This document shows, in pieces, positions 42,422 to 58,399 of a stretch of DNA of 64,000 nucleotides. The position numbers and the translations under genes were made by a program. Origin of the DNA: the human T2T-CHM13v2.0 reference genome, Homo sapiens; the NCBI RefSeq assembly GCF_009914755.1, contig NC_060930.1. The stretch is one strand, 5' to 3'. The notes beneath the pieces are model-generated. The model was not told the origin of the DNA, did no database searches, and saw only the letters and a program-made list of their open reading frames with translations. Position 1 is the stretch's first letter. Every line of letters starts with the position of its first letter.

Positions 42422-43069
42422 AATAAAGGCTGTATGCTTGAGTAGCTCATGACAGAAATGGTAAACACTACCATTTAAGGGAGCAAAAGACAAATGTATG
42501 GTAATGTTTGAACTTGAAGTAAAGCTTGCAGTATGTAAAGGATGGAGTGGATCTAGAGTTTATTTATTCTGGTTTTACCAGGCCAATCTAGCATGTTCTT
42601 GCCCAAACATGCTAAATTAGCCTAGATGTACTGTTAGTTCAGCCAGGTAAGTATTAAAAGGTCTAAAGTTTCAAACTCCTGCTTTAGGGAACAAGGACTA
42701 TTGAGATTCCAAACTACTCTAGAGTTAGCAAAATTGGACCAAGCTTCTCTTTCTAGGAGTCTTGAGAATATTCAGGGCTAGAAACCTTGGTGCTTCTGAG
42801 AACACCATACCACATAGTCTACATAAATCCAGACTCCAAACAAACATGTCAAATACAAGACCGGAAAGGATTTTAGAGCTGGTTCAGAGGCTGTTACCTG
42901 TATTTTGCTCATTCATGAATTGCTGGCCCTTGTGATTTTTTGTGGGTGGCACCTGGGACTTTTTGACATTTGAAAGTCTCTTTCAATATTTGCATCTATG
43001 ATGCATCCATTTGGAAAGTCCTAAAAATATGAAGATATTTTGTAGAAATTTTAGGATGATGCAGATTAA

Positions 43070-44602
<1,533 letters not shown>

Positions 44603-45841
44603 GGTTAATTGTCCTGTTGAGAGGTTGATTCAGATTTTCTGTTATTCTAGGGGGAGAGTTCTATTGATGACAAAAATGTAAATTTCTTTCTATGTCATTT
44701 TGTTCAGTCTGGGGAGTAGCAAAGGATTATTCTTTACAGTATGTTTTCTAATGATTTGTCCAAACTGATTTTGTATTCCAGAATCACATACTGCTCTTGG
44801 GTTTTTCTCCCCACATTTCCCTTCAGTGGATTATTTATACTTTTAACAAAATGATGAATGGGTCGTTGTATATTCAAAATGTGTTCACTTCCCCTGGAGA
44901 ATCTGAGTGAAACAAGTACATTCTTGCAGAAGAATCCTAATATGGTTACCTAGTCCTTTGAAATTGGTTTTATCTTTGATTCTGAGAATTCTCTACAAAT
45001 TCAATGCTGTATATTAAAAAGTTACAATATTTCATATTTTTAATAGCAGAGATAAAATTGTAGAAACAAGTTATAATAGAGAAAAGATTTTAGTTTCTTC
45101 TGGAGAGCAGTATTTCATAACATAAAATAAATCCACTTAGGGATTTATAGAATATTTTCTCTACATATTACTATGAAACTTTTAAGACATAATTTTTTTT
45201 TCTCTTTCCTGGAAATCCTTTCTCTCTCTTCCTCTCTGTTGCCCTTATCTATCCCCCACCCCATTATTGTACTTTAGCACTTAAGCATTTAACTACAGTT
45301 TTGACCAACAGATGTATCTGTTTGTTTCCATATAGTAATATATGTTTATTTTAGAGAAGAAAAAATAAGACAAAGTAAAAATATACAGCAACTGAGGCAC
45401 AAAATTCTGCAGTGACTTGCTTCATTTTTCCCTTCCTATTTAATCAAAGTACTATCAAAAATTCTATTTAAATTTCTCAAATTAGAATATAGGAAATATC
45501 ATTCAGATATTTTAAAAAATGTAATTATATACATAAGCATAAGTAATAGTACAGAATGTTGCATGAGATGAAAATGTATATAAGCTTAGCTGTCATTGAT
45601 CATACTGAAAATTATTTCTAAGATGGACTTTAATAGGCTACAGATTTTTAAGATTTTTAAAATTGTAAGCTCTGATCAAGGCACTGTGTTACTTACAGGG
45701 GGATGTATGCATGTGCATGACTTGGTCCATACTTTCCAGAAATTTATAATTTAGTTGAAGAGAAAAGAAGTAGACACCATGACGATACAATCTAGTTTGT
45801 GAGTGGCACAGATTTTGCTATAGCTCAGAAGAATAAAGGCA

Positions 45842-46190
45842 TTTTTAAATTTCAATAGTTTTTGGGGAACAAGTGGTGCTTTATCACATAGATAAGTTCT
45901 TTAGTGGTGATTTCTGAGATTTTGGTGCACCCATCACCTGAGCAGTGTACACTGTACCCAATGTGTAATCTTTTCTCCCTCACCCCCCTGGCACTCTTCC
46001 CCCTGAGTCCTCAAAGTCCATGGTGGTATTCTTGTGATGCCTATCTCCCACTTATAAGTGAGAACATAAGATGTTTGGTTTTCCATTCCTGAGTTACTTC
46101 ACTTAGAATAATGATTTCCAACTCCATCCAGGCTGCTGCAAATGCCATTATTTTGTTCCTTTTTATGGCCGAGTAGTATTCCATGATACA

Positions 46191-46224
<34 letters not shown>

Positions 46225-46615
46225 ACACACACACACACACACACACCACATTTCCCTTATCCACTTGTTGATTGATGGGCATTTGGGCTGGTTCCATATT
46301 TTTGGAATTACAAATTGTGCTACTCTAAACATGCATGTGCAAGTATCTTTTTCATATAATGGCTTCTTTTCCTCTTGGGATTCCTGGATCAAATGGTAGA
46401 CTTACTTTTAGTTCCTTAAGGAATCTTCATACTGTTTTCCATAGTGGCTGTACTAGTTTACATTTGACCAGCAGTGTAAAAGTGGTCCCTTTTCACCACA
46501 TCCAAGCCAACATCTATTTTTTTAATTTTTTTAAATTATGGCCAATTTTTGCATGAGTAAGTTGGTATCTCATTGTGATTTGAATTTGCATTTCCCTGAT
46601 CATTAGTGATGTTGA
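45842..46615 (-). mobile_element. 5'-truncated L1PB1-like element
   Basis: L1PB 3' UTR (gataagttctttagtggtgatttctgagattttggtgcacccatcacctgagcagtgtac) and ORF2 end peptide MEYYSAIKRNKIMAFAAAWMELEIIILSEVTQEWKTKH. Confidence 0.92.
46187..46246. repeat. (CA)n microsatellite inside L1PB
   Basis: Long interrupted CA run seen directly. Confidence 0.95.
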
Positions 46616-47361
46616 CCATGACCTATTTTGGGTTCAAGTTTGGCTTTGGGAAGTGCTTTGGAGCTTCTTCTGAGTCCAGCCACTGAGCTGGTCATCAACA
46701 GTTGTATAAAATCCACTTTTCATTGCATGTCACAATTCGATCTAGAAATGGTTTGTCGTTTTTGTGTTGAATAAGAGAATATGACACTTCCAAATGACAT
46801 TTTTTTAAATTTTCAGTCAGCTCATGAGGCACTCACTTACTGAGCTTTTTCACCTTTCCAATTTGCTTCAAATGCCAAACGACCATAGAATGGTCAATGT
46901 TGAGTTCTTCTGCAACTTCTTGTGTAGTTGTAGGAGGATTAGCTTCAATGATGGCTCTCAATTAGTCATTGTCAACTTCTGATGGCTGGCCACTATGCTT
47001 CACATCTTCAACACTCTCACCTCCTTTGCAAAACTTCTTGAACCACCACTGCACTGTATGTTCATTAGCAGTTCCTGGGTCAAATGCATTGTTGATGTTG
47101 TGAGTTATCTCCACTGCTTTATGACCCATTTTGAACTCAAATAAGAAAATCGCCCGAATTTGTGTTTTGTCTAACATCATTTCCATAGTCTAAGATAAAT
47201 CTAAAATAAACAGCAAGTAAGTCATTAGCAAAACAACATAAAGCAAGAAATGCACATTAAAATGATGTATAACATAACAACACTTATTTAAGACTGTATT
47301 TCAATATCAAACAGCAAATTTCAACAATGCAAAAACCGCAGTTATGTTTGCACCAACCTAA
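46613..47361 (-). mobile_element. Hsmar1 mariner DNA transposon, 5' half (left TIR plus transposase N-terminus, pseudogenised)
   Basis: ORF 46962-47186 MEMMLDKTQIRAIFLFEFKMGHKA... is the Hsmar1 transposase start; the degenerate frame continues through the WVPHEL and DEKWIL regions to PKPNL..VMV. TIR TTAGGTTGGTGCAAAC... with flanking TA at 47362-47363. Confidence 0.96.
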
Positions 47362-48734
47362 TAACTGTGAAATATACTTTGCTTTAGGCTGTTTCTGTCA
47401 ATGAAGCTGACTAGTTACAATCTTACTAGGTGCTGAGAATTGAAAGGAAGGTGCTACAGTTGACACAGATCACCAGTCCTACACTATTCAAAATTTTAAA
47501 TTAAAAAATATTTATTGAGTAGTTTTTATGTTCAAGGGACTGTAAAAGACAATGGAAATAATTTTCTAGAAGAGTAAAAAACAGTTTTGTCTCCAAAAAT
47601 TTCACCATCCACATTCGGAAACAATCAAGCTAAAAAGTCAAACCAAACAAATCAAGCTTTAATGAAACATGGTTGGAGGAACTCAGAAAAAAGGGTGTCT
47701 AATTCTGTTTTGGGGTATCTGGTAAGCTATGACCAGAGGAGTAAATCTCAGGATAAGTCCCAAAGATAGACCAGGTAGGAAAGGGCATTTCAGGCAGAGG
47801 AAACTTTATAGGCAGATACACTGAAGTGACGTGAAGTAGAGAATCCTAAGGAAATTGCAGACTAAATAGTAGAGTGCTGATGGAGTTGTCAAAGCCATGA
47901 CCCCGGAGTGTGGCAAAGGGCAGCTCGTGAAATGTCTTGCACATTAGCCCGAAGTAAAGTGTTTTGAAGTGCAGTCCTTCGAGTCCTGTAATGTTAGAAG
48001 AAATAATGCTGTCATAATCCCTAAACATATTATGACAAGACATAACACAAATCTATGAAGTGTTGTGAAACAGGATGGTGCAGTCTAATGTGAAACAAGT
48101 GGTCATTTTTCAGGATGAATCTAGATTCCCTGGGGTGAAGGAGAGTCAGAGCGTAAATAGATACGGAAAGTTTAATGAGCTTTGAAAGGCAATCTTTATC
48201 GAGTCAGAATGTAAAAGAGTCACAAAATGAATAACACAAATGTATTAATTTATCTAATAAATATTAACTGCCTTTAATGTATCCCTGTGGGAGATGAGAG
48301 TCTTGTTCTTGAGAATTTCATAACATACCACAAACATCAAGATCTTTGAGTCTGAAGAACCAAAGTAATAGAATTGGCTGGACGATGTTGTGGCTACTTC
48401 TGGCCCCCCAGGTGTCTTGAGTTAATAATATTGCTGATCTGGAAATAGTAGGAAGGTTAATGAACAATTGCATTTCTTAATGTTCTTGTACGTGTTTCTT
48501 TTGTGAACTGAATGTTAGCCTATTTATAAGACATGCCACAAAGTGATCTAGTAGGAACTTTTTAAGCTCATGCTACAAACTTGGGGTTGTGAAAACTAAA
48601 GCAAATAAGTTGGTATTTTTAGTATGTAATGAAAGGAGGAAAGTTGTGGATGAGTAGAACAAAGAGATAGGTTTAACAATCATAACACACAAAGTCATTT
48701 GGTGGCCTATATCCAAACTTTCATTGATTTTGTT

Positions 48735-49257
48735 CATGTTTTGTCCTAGAACCTTGAGAATCAGGAGAATCTAGTCTCTTCCCCAACCTCAGGGGTGAAG
48801 CTTGATTAGTCCAGGCCAGTTATGGTAATTCCATACCATTGTCAAGTGACTCATTCTGTTATGGACACAGGACGACAGAATTTTGGCAAATAAGATATGA
48901 GGGAAAATCAGTTGGGTAGCTTCTGAGACTGTTTTAGTCATTCTTATTTAGGATAGAAAGATGAGAAAATGCCCTTTTGTGGCTTTTCAGTAGTACTGCG
49001 TGAGGATGTAATATTTGAAGCTGTTGCAGCCATCTTGCTATCATGAAGGGCCAGAGGATATAGTTCTACTTTCTGATGTTGGCAGTATGGAAGGGATGGA
49101 AAGAACAGGAGTTATTTTTTTTATAATGGACTGAGGAATTAACCAGCTAACCATTCTTGCCCTGCCATAGCTCTAAACTCTTACATAACATAGAAAATGT
49201 ATTTACAAAATCCAATCTTGTTTTAATTGTTTTTCTTTTCCTTGCAGCTGAAAGCAT
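48735..49257 (+). mobile_element. MaLR LTR, MLT1I/J-like
   Basis: gaggatgtaatatttgaagctgttgcagccatcttgctatcatgaaggg ... ggaaagaacagg ... cttgcagctgaaagcat. Confidence 0.72.
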
Positions 49258-52080
49258 TCTTGGGGAGGAACGCATTTCTTCTATCCTCTTATTTTCAGTA
49301 TCTGGAAGCCTGCAAATTAAACAAACCACAAAAAAAAAGGCAGATCTATAGGAGGAAGGGCATATATTTCTTTTCTTCTTAAAATTTTATTGGAGTATGA
49401 TTGACAAAAAATATGTACATATTTAATGTACACAACTTTATGATTTCAAAGATAAGTATACATCCATGAAGCCAGCACCACAGTCTATGCCATAAACCTA
49501 TTCATTACCTACAAGAGTTTACTCCTGACTTCTTATCTATTATTCTTATTTCATATGATACAAAAAAGAGAAAATAATTTAAAAATATTGCCACAAAGAA
49601 GCATCAAAACACAAAGATAGACAACATGAGATGGAGAGAGGAACACAATAACTGCAAAACATTCAGAAAAACAGTTAACAAAATGGCAATAGTAAGTCCT
49701 TGCCTATCAATAATTACTTTAAATGCAAGTGGATTAAACTCACCAATAAAAAGACACAGAGTGGCAGAATGTGTTAAAAAATAAAACCAGAATGCAACTA
49801 TATGCAGTCTCCTTTCTCTTTTCTGTATCTGCTGCAAGTTTTTTCTTTGTGGTTACAATGAGGCTTGCATAAAACTCTTTATTACTGTAACAGTCCATTT
49901 TGACTAATGACAACTTCAATTGCATGCAAAAACTATACTTGCACTCCCCTGCCCCACTTTATTAATGTCAGAATTAACTTATTTTTGTACTATGTATTCA
50001 TTATCCAACTTTCTGCAGTTATAGTTTCTTTCTATGTTTTGCCTTTTAAGCTCTATGCTAGGGTTAAGAGTGATTTACGCACCCTCATTACTATTTTACG
50101 TTATTATGTATTTGTGTATATATTTACCTTTACCATTGAGAGTTATGCTTTCATATATTTTCATATTACTGTTTGGTGTTCTTTAATTTCAATTTGAAGA
50201 ACTCCTTTTAGCACTTCTTGCATGGCAGTTCTAATGGTAATAAACTTCTTAGTTTTGGTTTCTCTGGGAAAGCCTTTGTATCTTCTTCATTATTAGAGGA
50301 AAGATTTTCCAGGTATATTATTATTGGTTAGCAGTTTCTTTCTTTCAGCACTTTGAATATATTATCCTATTCTCTCCTAGCCTGGAAAGTTTCTGCTGAA
50401 AAATTCATTAATAGTTTCATAGGGATCCTTCCTATGTGATGAGTCACATTTTTCTTACAGCTTTTAAAATTCTCTCTTTGACTTTTAGCAATTTAGTGAT
50501 AATGTGTCTTAGTGTAGACCTCTAGTCTTTAAGTTCCACCTGGGGTTTTGGGGGCTTCATAAATCTGGATGTTCATTTTCCTTTTCAGATTTGGGAAATT
50601 TTCACCCATTATTTCTTTAAATAAGGATTTTGCCCCTTTCTCTTTTATTTTTTTTCCTGAGGTACCCATAAGGTAAATATTGATTTGCAGGATGTTGTTC
50701 TGTAAGTCCTGTAGGCTTTCTTCACTCTTTTTCATTTTTTATCTTTTCATTCCTCTGAAGAGATAATTTTAAATTACCTGTATTTGAGCTAATAAATTCA
50801 TTTTTCTGCATGATATTCTGCTGTTGAAACTCTCTATAGAAATTTTGAATTCAGTTATTTTCTTTGGTGGTAGAATTTCTGTTTGGTTCTCTTTTATGAT
50901 TTCTATCTCTTCGAGGAACTTCTTGTTTTGCTCCTGTATCATTTTCCTGATTTATTTATTTGTCTATCTGTGTTCGCTTGTAACTTATTGAGTTTAAGAT
51001 GATTATTTTGAATTCTTATCAGGCAGTTCATAGATCTCCATTTCTTCATGGCTGGTTACTGCCATTTTATTTTGTTCCTTTGTTGATGTCATGTTTCCCT
51101 GATTCTTTGTGAATTTTAGGACTTGTATTTATGTCCATGCATTTGAAGACATCATTTTTTCCAGTCTTTACAGACTAATCAGTCCAGTCAGAGATTCTGG
51201 GTGAGCTGGTTGGTCCGCTGGGGGCAGGACTGCTGTTGATGTCTTTGGGAAGGTAGCCTGTAACCTGGGTTTCTGGGAGCAGGCCTGGTTCTGGTTTCCA
51301 CTGTGGTAGGTCTGGTTTTGGGGTCATGATAAAGTCTAATATACACTTTTCTCTCCCTTTCTTCCACAGGTGAACTCCTGAGCCAATAAGATCTCTTTGG
51401 GCAGTTCATTAAGTGGGCTAGGGAAATACTAATGTGGAAGTGAAACCATCCTTTCTACTCTGCATATTGTGCCTTTTCTAATTTATGTGCTCTATTTATG
51501 TGCTGCAGTCTTTCACCTGGATTCCAGAGTTCTTATCAAGATGTTTTGTCCATGGATGTTTGTTAAATTAATTTCTGTGGGATGACAAGGGCTGGAACCA
51601 TCTATTCCACCATATTGCTGGTGTCATTTCCCCATATGTTGCTTTATTTACATTAATATTTTATATGCTTGAGGTATCAGAAAAAGAAGTGGAAACCCCA
51701 AAAGGCAGTTAGACCCCGAGGCATATGTACCACTTTAATGAAGGGCAATAAATTGCAGAGAAGAAATCAGCAAAAAAAAGGGATTTGGGCTCCTAGGGGC
51801 AGTAAATTGTGAAAATGTGACTAGTATTGTAGATAAAGGCTGTTTAGTATGGTTTGTCATACAGATAAGAGTTGTTTACCTCTTCCAGGTACAGGAGAGG
51901 AGAACACCTTTAAAAATGGAGACCTATGTCACTTTTACAAAGGAAAATTTATGCTGTGATTTTAGGCAGAAAGTTGACACCAGAGAATTCTTCCTGCTGC
52001 TTCTCAATTTCCTTCAGCTCAAAAATGATCCTTATGCCAATATGGAATATTTTTGGGGTGGCATATTCTGCTCCTCTTCA
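49258..52080 (-). mobile_element. ERV1 solo LTR, MER34-like (49258-49370 plus 51630-52080), split by an L1M
   Basis: Reverse complement starts TGAAGAGGAGCAGAATATGCCACCCCAAAAATATTCCATATTGGCATAAGGATCATTTTTGAGCTGAAGG (MER34 family start); 4-bp flanking repeat gcat. Confidence 0.75.
49370..51630 (-). mobile_element. Rearranged L1M (MA9-MB class): 5' UTR/ORF1 (-), inverted ORF2 start (+, 49557-49810), short 3' end (-)
   Basis: ORF 50529-50735 (KKSEESLQDL...GAKSLFKEIMGENFPNL) is ORF1-like; + strand atggcaatagtaagtcct...actttaaatgcaagtggattaaactcacca is the ORF2 start; L1M 3' terminus at 49370-49550. Confidence 0.82.
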
Positions 52081-53615
52081 GCATCCTTCCTGGTATGTGA
52101 ATTACCCAACTCTTGTGTTCTCAGAAGTTGGGCTTGAGCCTTTTGTTCAGGCTTATGGGTACATTTTGTACTCTCTAGGAGCTAAAGCAGATGGGAAGGT
52201 AGTTTTTAGCTAAGATATTTTTACAAATCATAATTTTTATGTCTATAGTAAAACCAAATTTTAAGCATCATTACAGCAAATCTGAAGTGGATAAATGAAC
52301 TGATAAATTTTTAAAAAAATTAAGATAGTATTAAGAAATTGACATGTAGATTCTAAACTAAGATTTAATAGCTAACAATGAAGACATCTTCCTTATTTTT
52401 ATGACTGCTGAGAGCAAAAACACAAAGACCTAAAGCAAGTAATTGAAATAAAAAATGATGGATTGGGCTGGCAGCTATTCTTTAGATATAAAACTAAATG
52501 CAGTCTGTCTGGAATTTAAAGGGAGTGGGTGATCCTTAGCCCTTCCTTCAGATAGACATGCAAGAAATACAAAGTTTAACCCTTAATAAATAAAGCCTGG
52601 GAGTAAGGAAATTCAGAAATTTGAATCATATGACCAATAAAATGTCTCTTTTTATATCACTATTGATATCATTTGTGTAAGGGTTTGAATGGCATTTAAG
52701 AACCTCTTGGTTATATGAAATTGAATTTCAGTGAAACTAGGCTGTTATTTTGTGAAGTATCTGACTTAGCATTTTTTAAGGAAGATATCATTTTAATTAG
52801 TGTATTTGAAGGTCGAGTGGATACTTTTACTCTTTTTAAGTAGTGGTTTTCTTCACAAACTTCGGTTCTGTGTCATATATTACTGATCTTTACAATGTCT
52901 CTGAGTTACTGCTGTTTTCCATTCTTAAATTGGGAGAACTTTATTCCTGATTGAGAAGCAAGAACTGAAAATGTCACTTTTCCCTTTGAGGTGTGGAGGA
53001 AATCTTTTGGAAATGTTCAGTCTCTAGTTTCGTAATGTGTAACTTATACTTGTATAGAACGTTAGGTCAAAATTTTTTTACCAGTGGCATTTCTCACATT
53101 CAGGTGTAAGGGCTCGATGCTTGCGTAGATACAGGAAATCAAACTCACAAAAAGTCTCCACTTGTTTTAGGGAATTCAGTACCCAGCTGAGAGCAATTAC
53201 AGGCAATATTAATATGTTGGCAAGAAATGTCAGAGTTCAAATGGCCAGTCTGAGTGTTCACTTTTTCCTTTATTTGCTCTGTGATCATGGCTTTAGAAGG
53301 TTTTCTTGTTAAGAATAGTTGTGACCTCACCTGAATTGAAAGGTGGAAGTAATGTTTCTTATCATGTGTGGCATGGCCTCTGGTCAAGTGAAAATTATTC
53401 ACTCACTTGGAAAATGTCTTTGGTACAGGAAATGATATCCTGAAATTCATTAAGGGTTTACCATTGGGTTGGATTCTCTATATGAAGTGATCACAGAACT
53501 TCAAACATCATTCTATGAATAACAGCTTCCTAGGGTGCATGGAGAAAAACTTCATTTTCTCAAATATTTATTGGGTACCAACACAGGAGACGGGCCTGTA
53601 CTAGGTTATTGATGT

Positions 53616-53662
53616 CTATAGATAGTTAAGGAAACTTAAGAAGTTTCCTTAACTATCTATAG
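53616..53662. repeat. Perfect 22-bp inverted repeat with a 3-nt loop
   Basis: ctatagatagttaaggaaactt-aag-aagtttccttaactatctatag. Confidence 0.98.
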
Positions 53663-53668
53663 TTTCCT

Positions 53669-54148
<480 letters not shown>

Positions 54149-54857
54149 GATGCAGATAATACAGTTGAGGTAGTTATAGCTGAGGTGCAAGGGACAAAAA
54201 TTAGACACTGTGTGATTAAAAGAAAATCATCCATCATCTGAGCAACAACTATTCATTGAACACCTCTAATGTGCCAGGATCACGCTTTGTACAAGAGTTA
54301 TGATGGTGAACAAAATAGACTTTCAGAGTTTATTCTTGAATGGTAATGTATTAATTAAAAGGTCTCATTAATGTTTAATTACAAACTAGATTAAGTATTG
54401 TGGTTCAAGTGGACAGCTGGGTCAGGGGTGGAGTATATCTAGGATAGAGAATTTCAGTTCTATATTTTACTAATTAACTGGTAACCAGGAGGTATGTTCT
54501 ATACTTACATTTAGCTCTGTGGCCTGTTGTGCTTCAATTTCGTCATCTTCAAAACCAGGAAGAGCTATATTCATCTTATCTCACAAAGCTGATTAACATA
54601 AATGAAGGAGCCTTGGAAAATGGAAAGCATTATACAAATGTAAGTTGTATAGAGTTCCACGGTAATTGCTAAAAATACTGAGGCAAAGATAATCCTTTGT
54701 AGACAGAGGTTTTGGTTAACTTGTGAGAATAGAGTTAGTAGAATGCTAGACATAGAAAACAGATTTCAGTGATTTCAGGAGAAAATCAGAGGGAAGGAAG
54801 AAACATGAGGTGGGTCCAGAAGTGGAAGTCTTCAATTCCTTTAGAAAAGGCACATGT

Positions 54858-55260
<403 letters not shown>

Positions 55261-57624
55261 AGAAAAAGAGAAAAAAAAAAGCTCCTTTTGGGTTCCGATC
55301 TGTTTCCTCGGGGAGAAATTATTCTCCTCAACCTCTCTTTCTAAGAGAGTGGACAGAAATGTCTTATCTCTCCAGTGGGTAATTATAACTTCTCTGTAAG
55401 CTATAAATAGGCAAAAAAATTCCCTAAGGATGTATGCCTGGGGTGTTGTAGGTTTTAGTCATACCTGAAAGGGTTGCTCCTTCTTCCTTTTTCAGAGTAC
55501 TCTGTATCGTTATCTATTCCTTTCATTTTTTTTCTGAATATTTTCCTAACTTATTTTGTCCACATGTTCTACAGGTAAACCTTAAAGATTAAATTCTGTT
55601 GACCCTGTGCTTTCTTCAGTCTAACTCCTTGGCACACTGAAACCACATTTGATATTGAATGTTTTAACATAATCTATTTCAGGAAGTAAAAAAAATCCTA
55701 GAGCTCTCTCTTATTTTCCTTTATGTTAAATAATCACCCTCTCTGACATTGTAGCTTTTTAAGGAACACATCATGTAGAATTGATAGGTTCTTTTGGTAG
55801 AATTCCCAACTGTGATATTTATTTCATGACTACACATCATTCTCAGCAGGTCAAAAATCATTGTATTATGAACATCTAAATTGGTTCTTTAATATATTTT
55901 TGTTAGCAGCAGCACATCTCCTGAAAAGCAACACTGAAGTCGATTCTGCGGACATAAGGATGATTTGGCATTGACATCTGTCAGCCTGTTAATTACTAAG
56001 GAAGATTTGGCTGAATTAATTTGTTTCCTGGTTAGCTCCTTTTCTCTGCTCCATTATGCCCTTTACTATGTTGCAAACTTGAACAAATTAAAGATACATT
56101 CCAAGATATGAGAAGAATTTTCATCAAATGTATGAAAATCAAGTACATGAGAAATTCAGTTTCCAAAATATAGGGCATCATTGTGCAGACGAACAGCTTT
56201 TTGAACCTTTCTGTTGAGGAACACTTCCAGTTCTATAACATTTCTTCAGACATTTAATGACAGTTTCCTCTGTGCCAGGCACTCTCTGTAAGGTGAAAGC
56301 TCAGGCTGGGAAGAGGGGTGGGAGTAGGGTGAATGGGAAGCGGGTGGGGACAAGGAAATTAACATAAGTGGACATGCACAACAAAAAGGCCCTTTCGGGC
56401 GTTAATTTTGTATCACCTGCCTGTATTTCTATTCAAACATGAAAAATTTTTGAAACAAATTTGAAGGGGGAGTGGTCCTTCACCAATAAGGCACCAATAA
56501 GGCAGGTTATTTTCTCCTTTGTACTGGCAACCATCTTTTCTGTAGTTTATGCTCTGCTCACACCCTATGTGCTTGTTTCCCATCTGAGATAACCCTGCCC
56601 CTTTTCTGTTTTCATGACCATTATTCAATGGAAAATTGGAATAAAGTAAAACAGGACAAGCCTGAATTACTTTGGGCTCTTTGTTATATCTCATCATTTT
56701 TTTTGGTCTCTTTTCTCCACTACATTTAAAACAAAAAATAACCTTTGCCTGTGCTTTTCCCTCACTTCTAAATATGTTTTTTTTAACCTTTTCTTTCTTC
56801 TCTTTTGTGCTTGCTTTCTTAGTTAACATTACAAATTTTCTGTTTTTTCTAAAGCTAATTTTAAAAGGAGGCCTATAATATTTGTGTAAAGTTTTTCATT
56901 CCTCCAGTCATCCCATTTTCTATATGACTTTAATGTGTTATCTGCCAGAACAACTAGAATAGATATCTCCATTATTTCTGCACAGATGGCAGAGTGAACA
57001 AGACTTTGTCCTTAGAATTTCCATCAACAAAACAAAACCAAACCACTTACTATATATGTATTGCCATTCATGTTTAAGTGCTGAAAATGGACTTGGAGAC
57101 TTATCTCAGCACTATCACTTATGTACTCTAACTCTTCTTTATTTGAGTAGGGAATCCTTCTTGTGACTTCCTTCAGGGTGTGGACACATTGAAAGATTAA
57201 TTATTCACATATCAGCTGGAAAAAAGTGAGGTGACAAGTGTTGACATTTGCGTTTCTGAAAGAGGCACATTGTTACATCAAAAAAAGGATAATGCCAATT
57301 AGGATTTCATATGTGTTGTTTTATTTTCACAATTACAATGTTAGAGGAAAGCTCAAAAGTAAAGGCTTTTGTGAAAATGATCAGATGATAAATCTTGATA
57401 CCTGTGTAAGAAGTGAAAGCACCAGAGTTTTTTTAGAAGATGAAAAATGAAAAAAAAAAAAAAAAGAAAAAGAAACAATTTGGCATTGTTAGAAATTCTT
57501 TATTGGGAGTGGAAAAACATGAAATAAAGGGAAAATAGCTTTAATCAACTCCAAATTCCTTCTTTGGAAGTGCTGTGTGTAATCTCCAATAATGGTGGTG
57601 TACATTTCCCCCAACTCTATTAAA

Positions 57625-57670
57625 ACCATCATTATCATTGTCATCTTCATCAACATGGTCATCATCATTG
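57625..57670. repeat. Degenerate (CAT)n repeat
   Basis: catcattatcattgtcatcttcatcaacatggtcatcatcatt. Confidence 0.7.
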
Positions 57671-57864
57671 AACACACACTCCATACAAAGTAAGATGTTA
57701 TGTGTTTGTATTATAAGCAGAGATTAGACAATAACTCTAATCACAAGGATGCTGTAACTAGTAGTGTAGATGGTAGATGTGCACAACAATGAAGGGATGT
57801 TTGATGGTATCTAAGTTGTGTAATCATTAGGCTTACTTGAAGAGTTTCCCCTAATTTTTCTATT

Positions 57865-58182
57865 TTTCTTTTTCCTTTTTTTTTTTTTTTTCAAACAGGG
57901 TCTTAGTCTGTACCCAAGCTGGAGTGCAGTGGCACATTCCTCATGGCTCACTGGAGGTGCCTCAGCCTCCTGGGCTCAAGCAATCCCCCAACCTCAGCCT
58001 CCCTAGTAGCTAGGACTATAGGCATGCCCCACACCAGCTCATTATTTATTTTTTTATTTTTTTGCAGAAACATAGTCTCACTCTTTTTCCCAGGCTGGTC
58101 TCAAACTCCAGGGCTCAAGCAGTCCTCTGTCCTCAACCTCCCAAAGTGCTGGGACTACAGGTATGAGCCACTGTGCCTGACC
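57865..58182 (-). mobile_element. AluJ
   Basis: tgggctcaagcaatcc in both arms, acagggtct, high divergence, T-rich tail. Confidence 0.92.
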
Positions 58183-58399
58183 AGAATTTTTCTTGAATGT
58201 GATATTCTCCTTCATTCTATTACACATAATTTCTCTAATCTTCATAATTTAATTATCATTGAATTTCAGTCTATCTGATTCATGTAAAGACAACCTGTCA
58301 TTCCAAACATGATTTGTCCTCTTTACAAAACTAATCTGATATGAACTGTATTTGATTCACTAGAGAACAGAGTATAGTGATGCCTCAAGTTATTGATAC

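Noticed and set aside
42582-42646. Possible + strand 65-nt exon (ttttaccag ... CAG/gtaagt)
   Set aside because: Splice-like motifs only, no recognisable coding content or partner exons; such pseudo-exons are common.
56413-56829. 138-aa Lys-rich minus-strand ORF
   Set aside because: Non-ATG start; composition reflects T-rich low-complexity DNA; no domain recognised.
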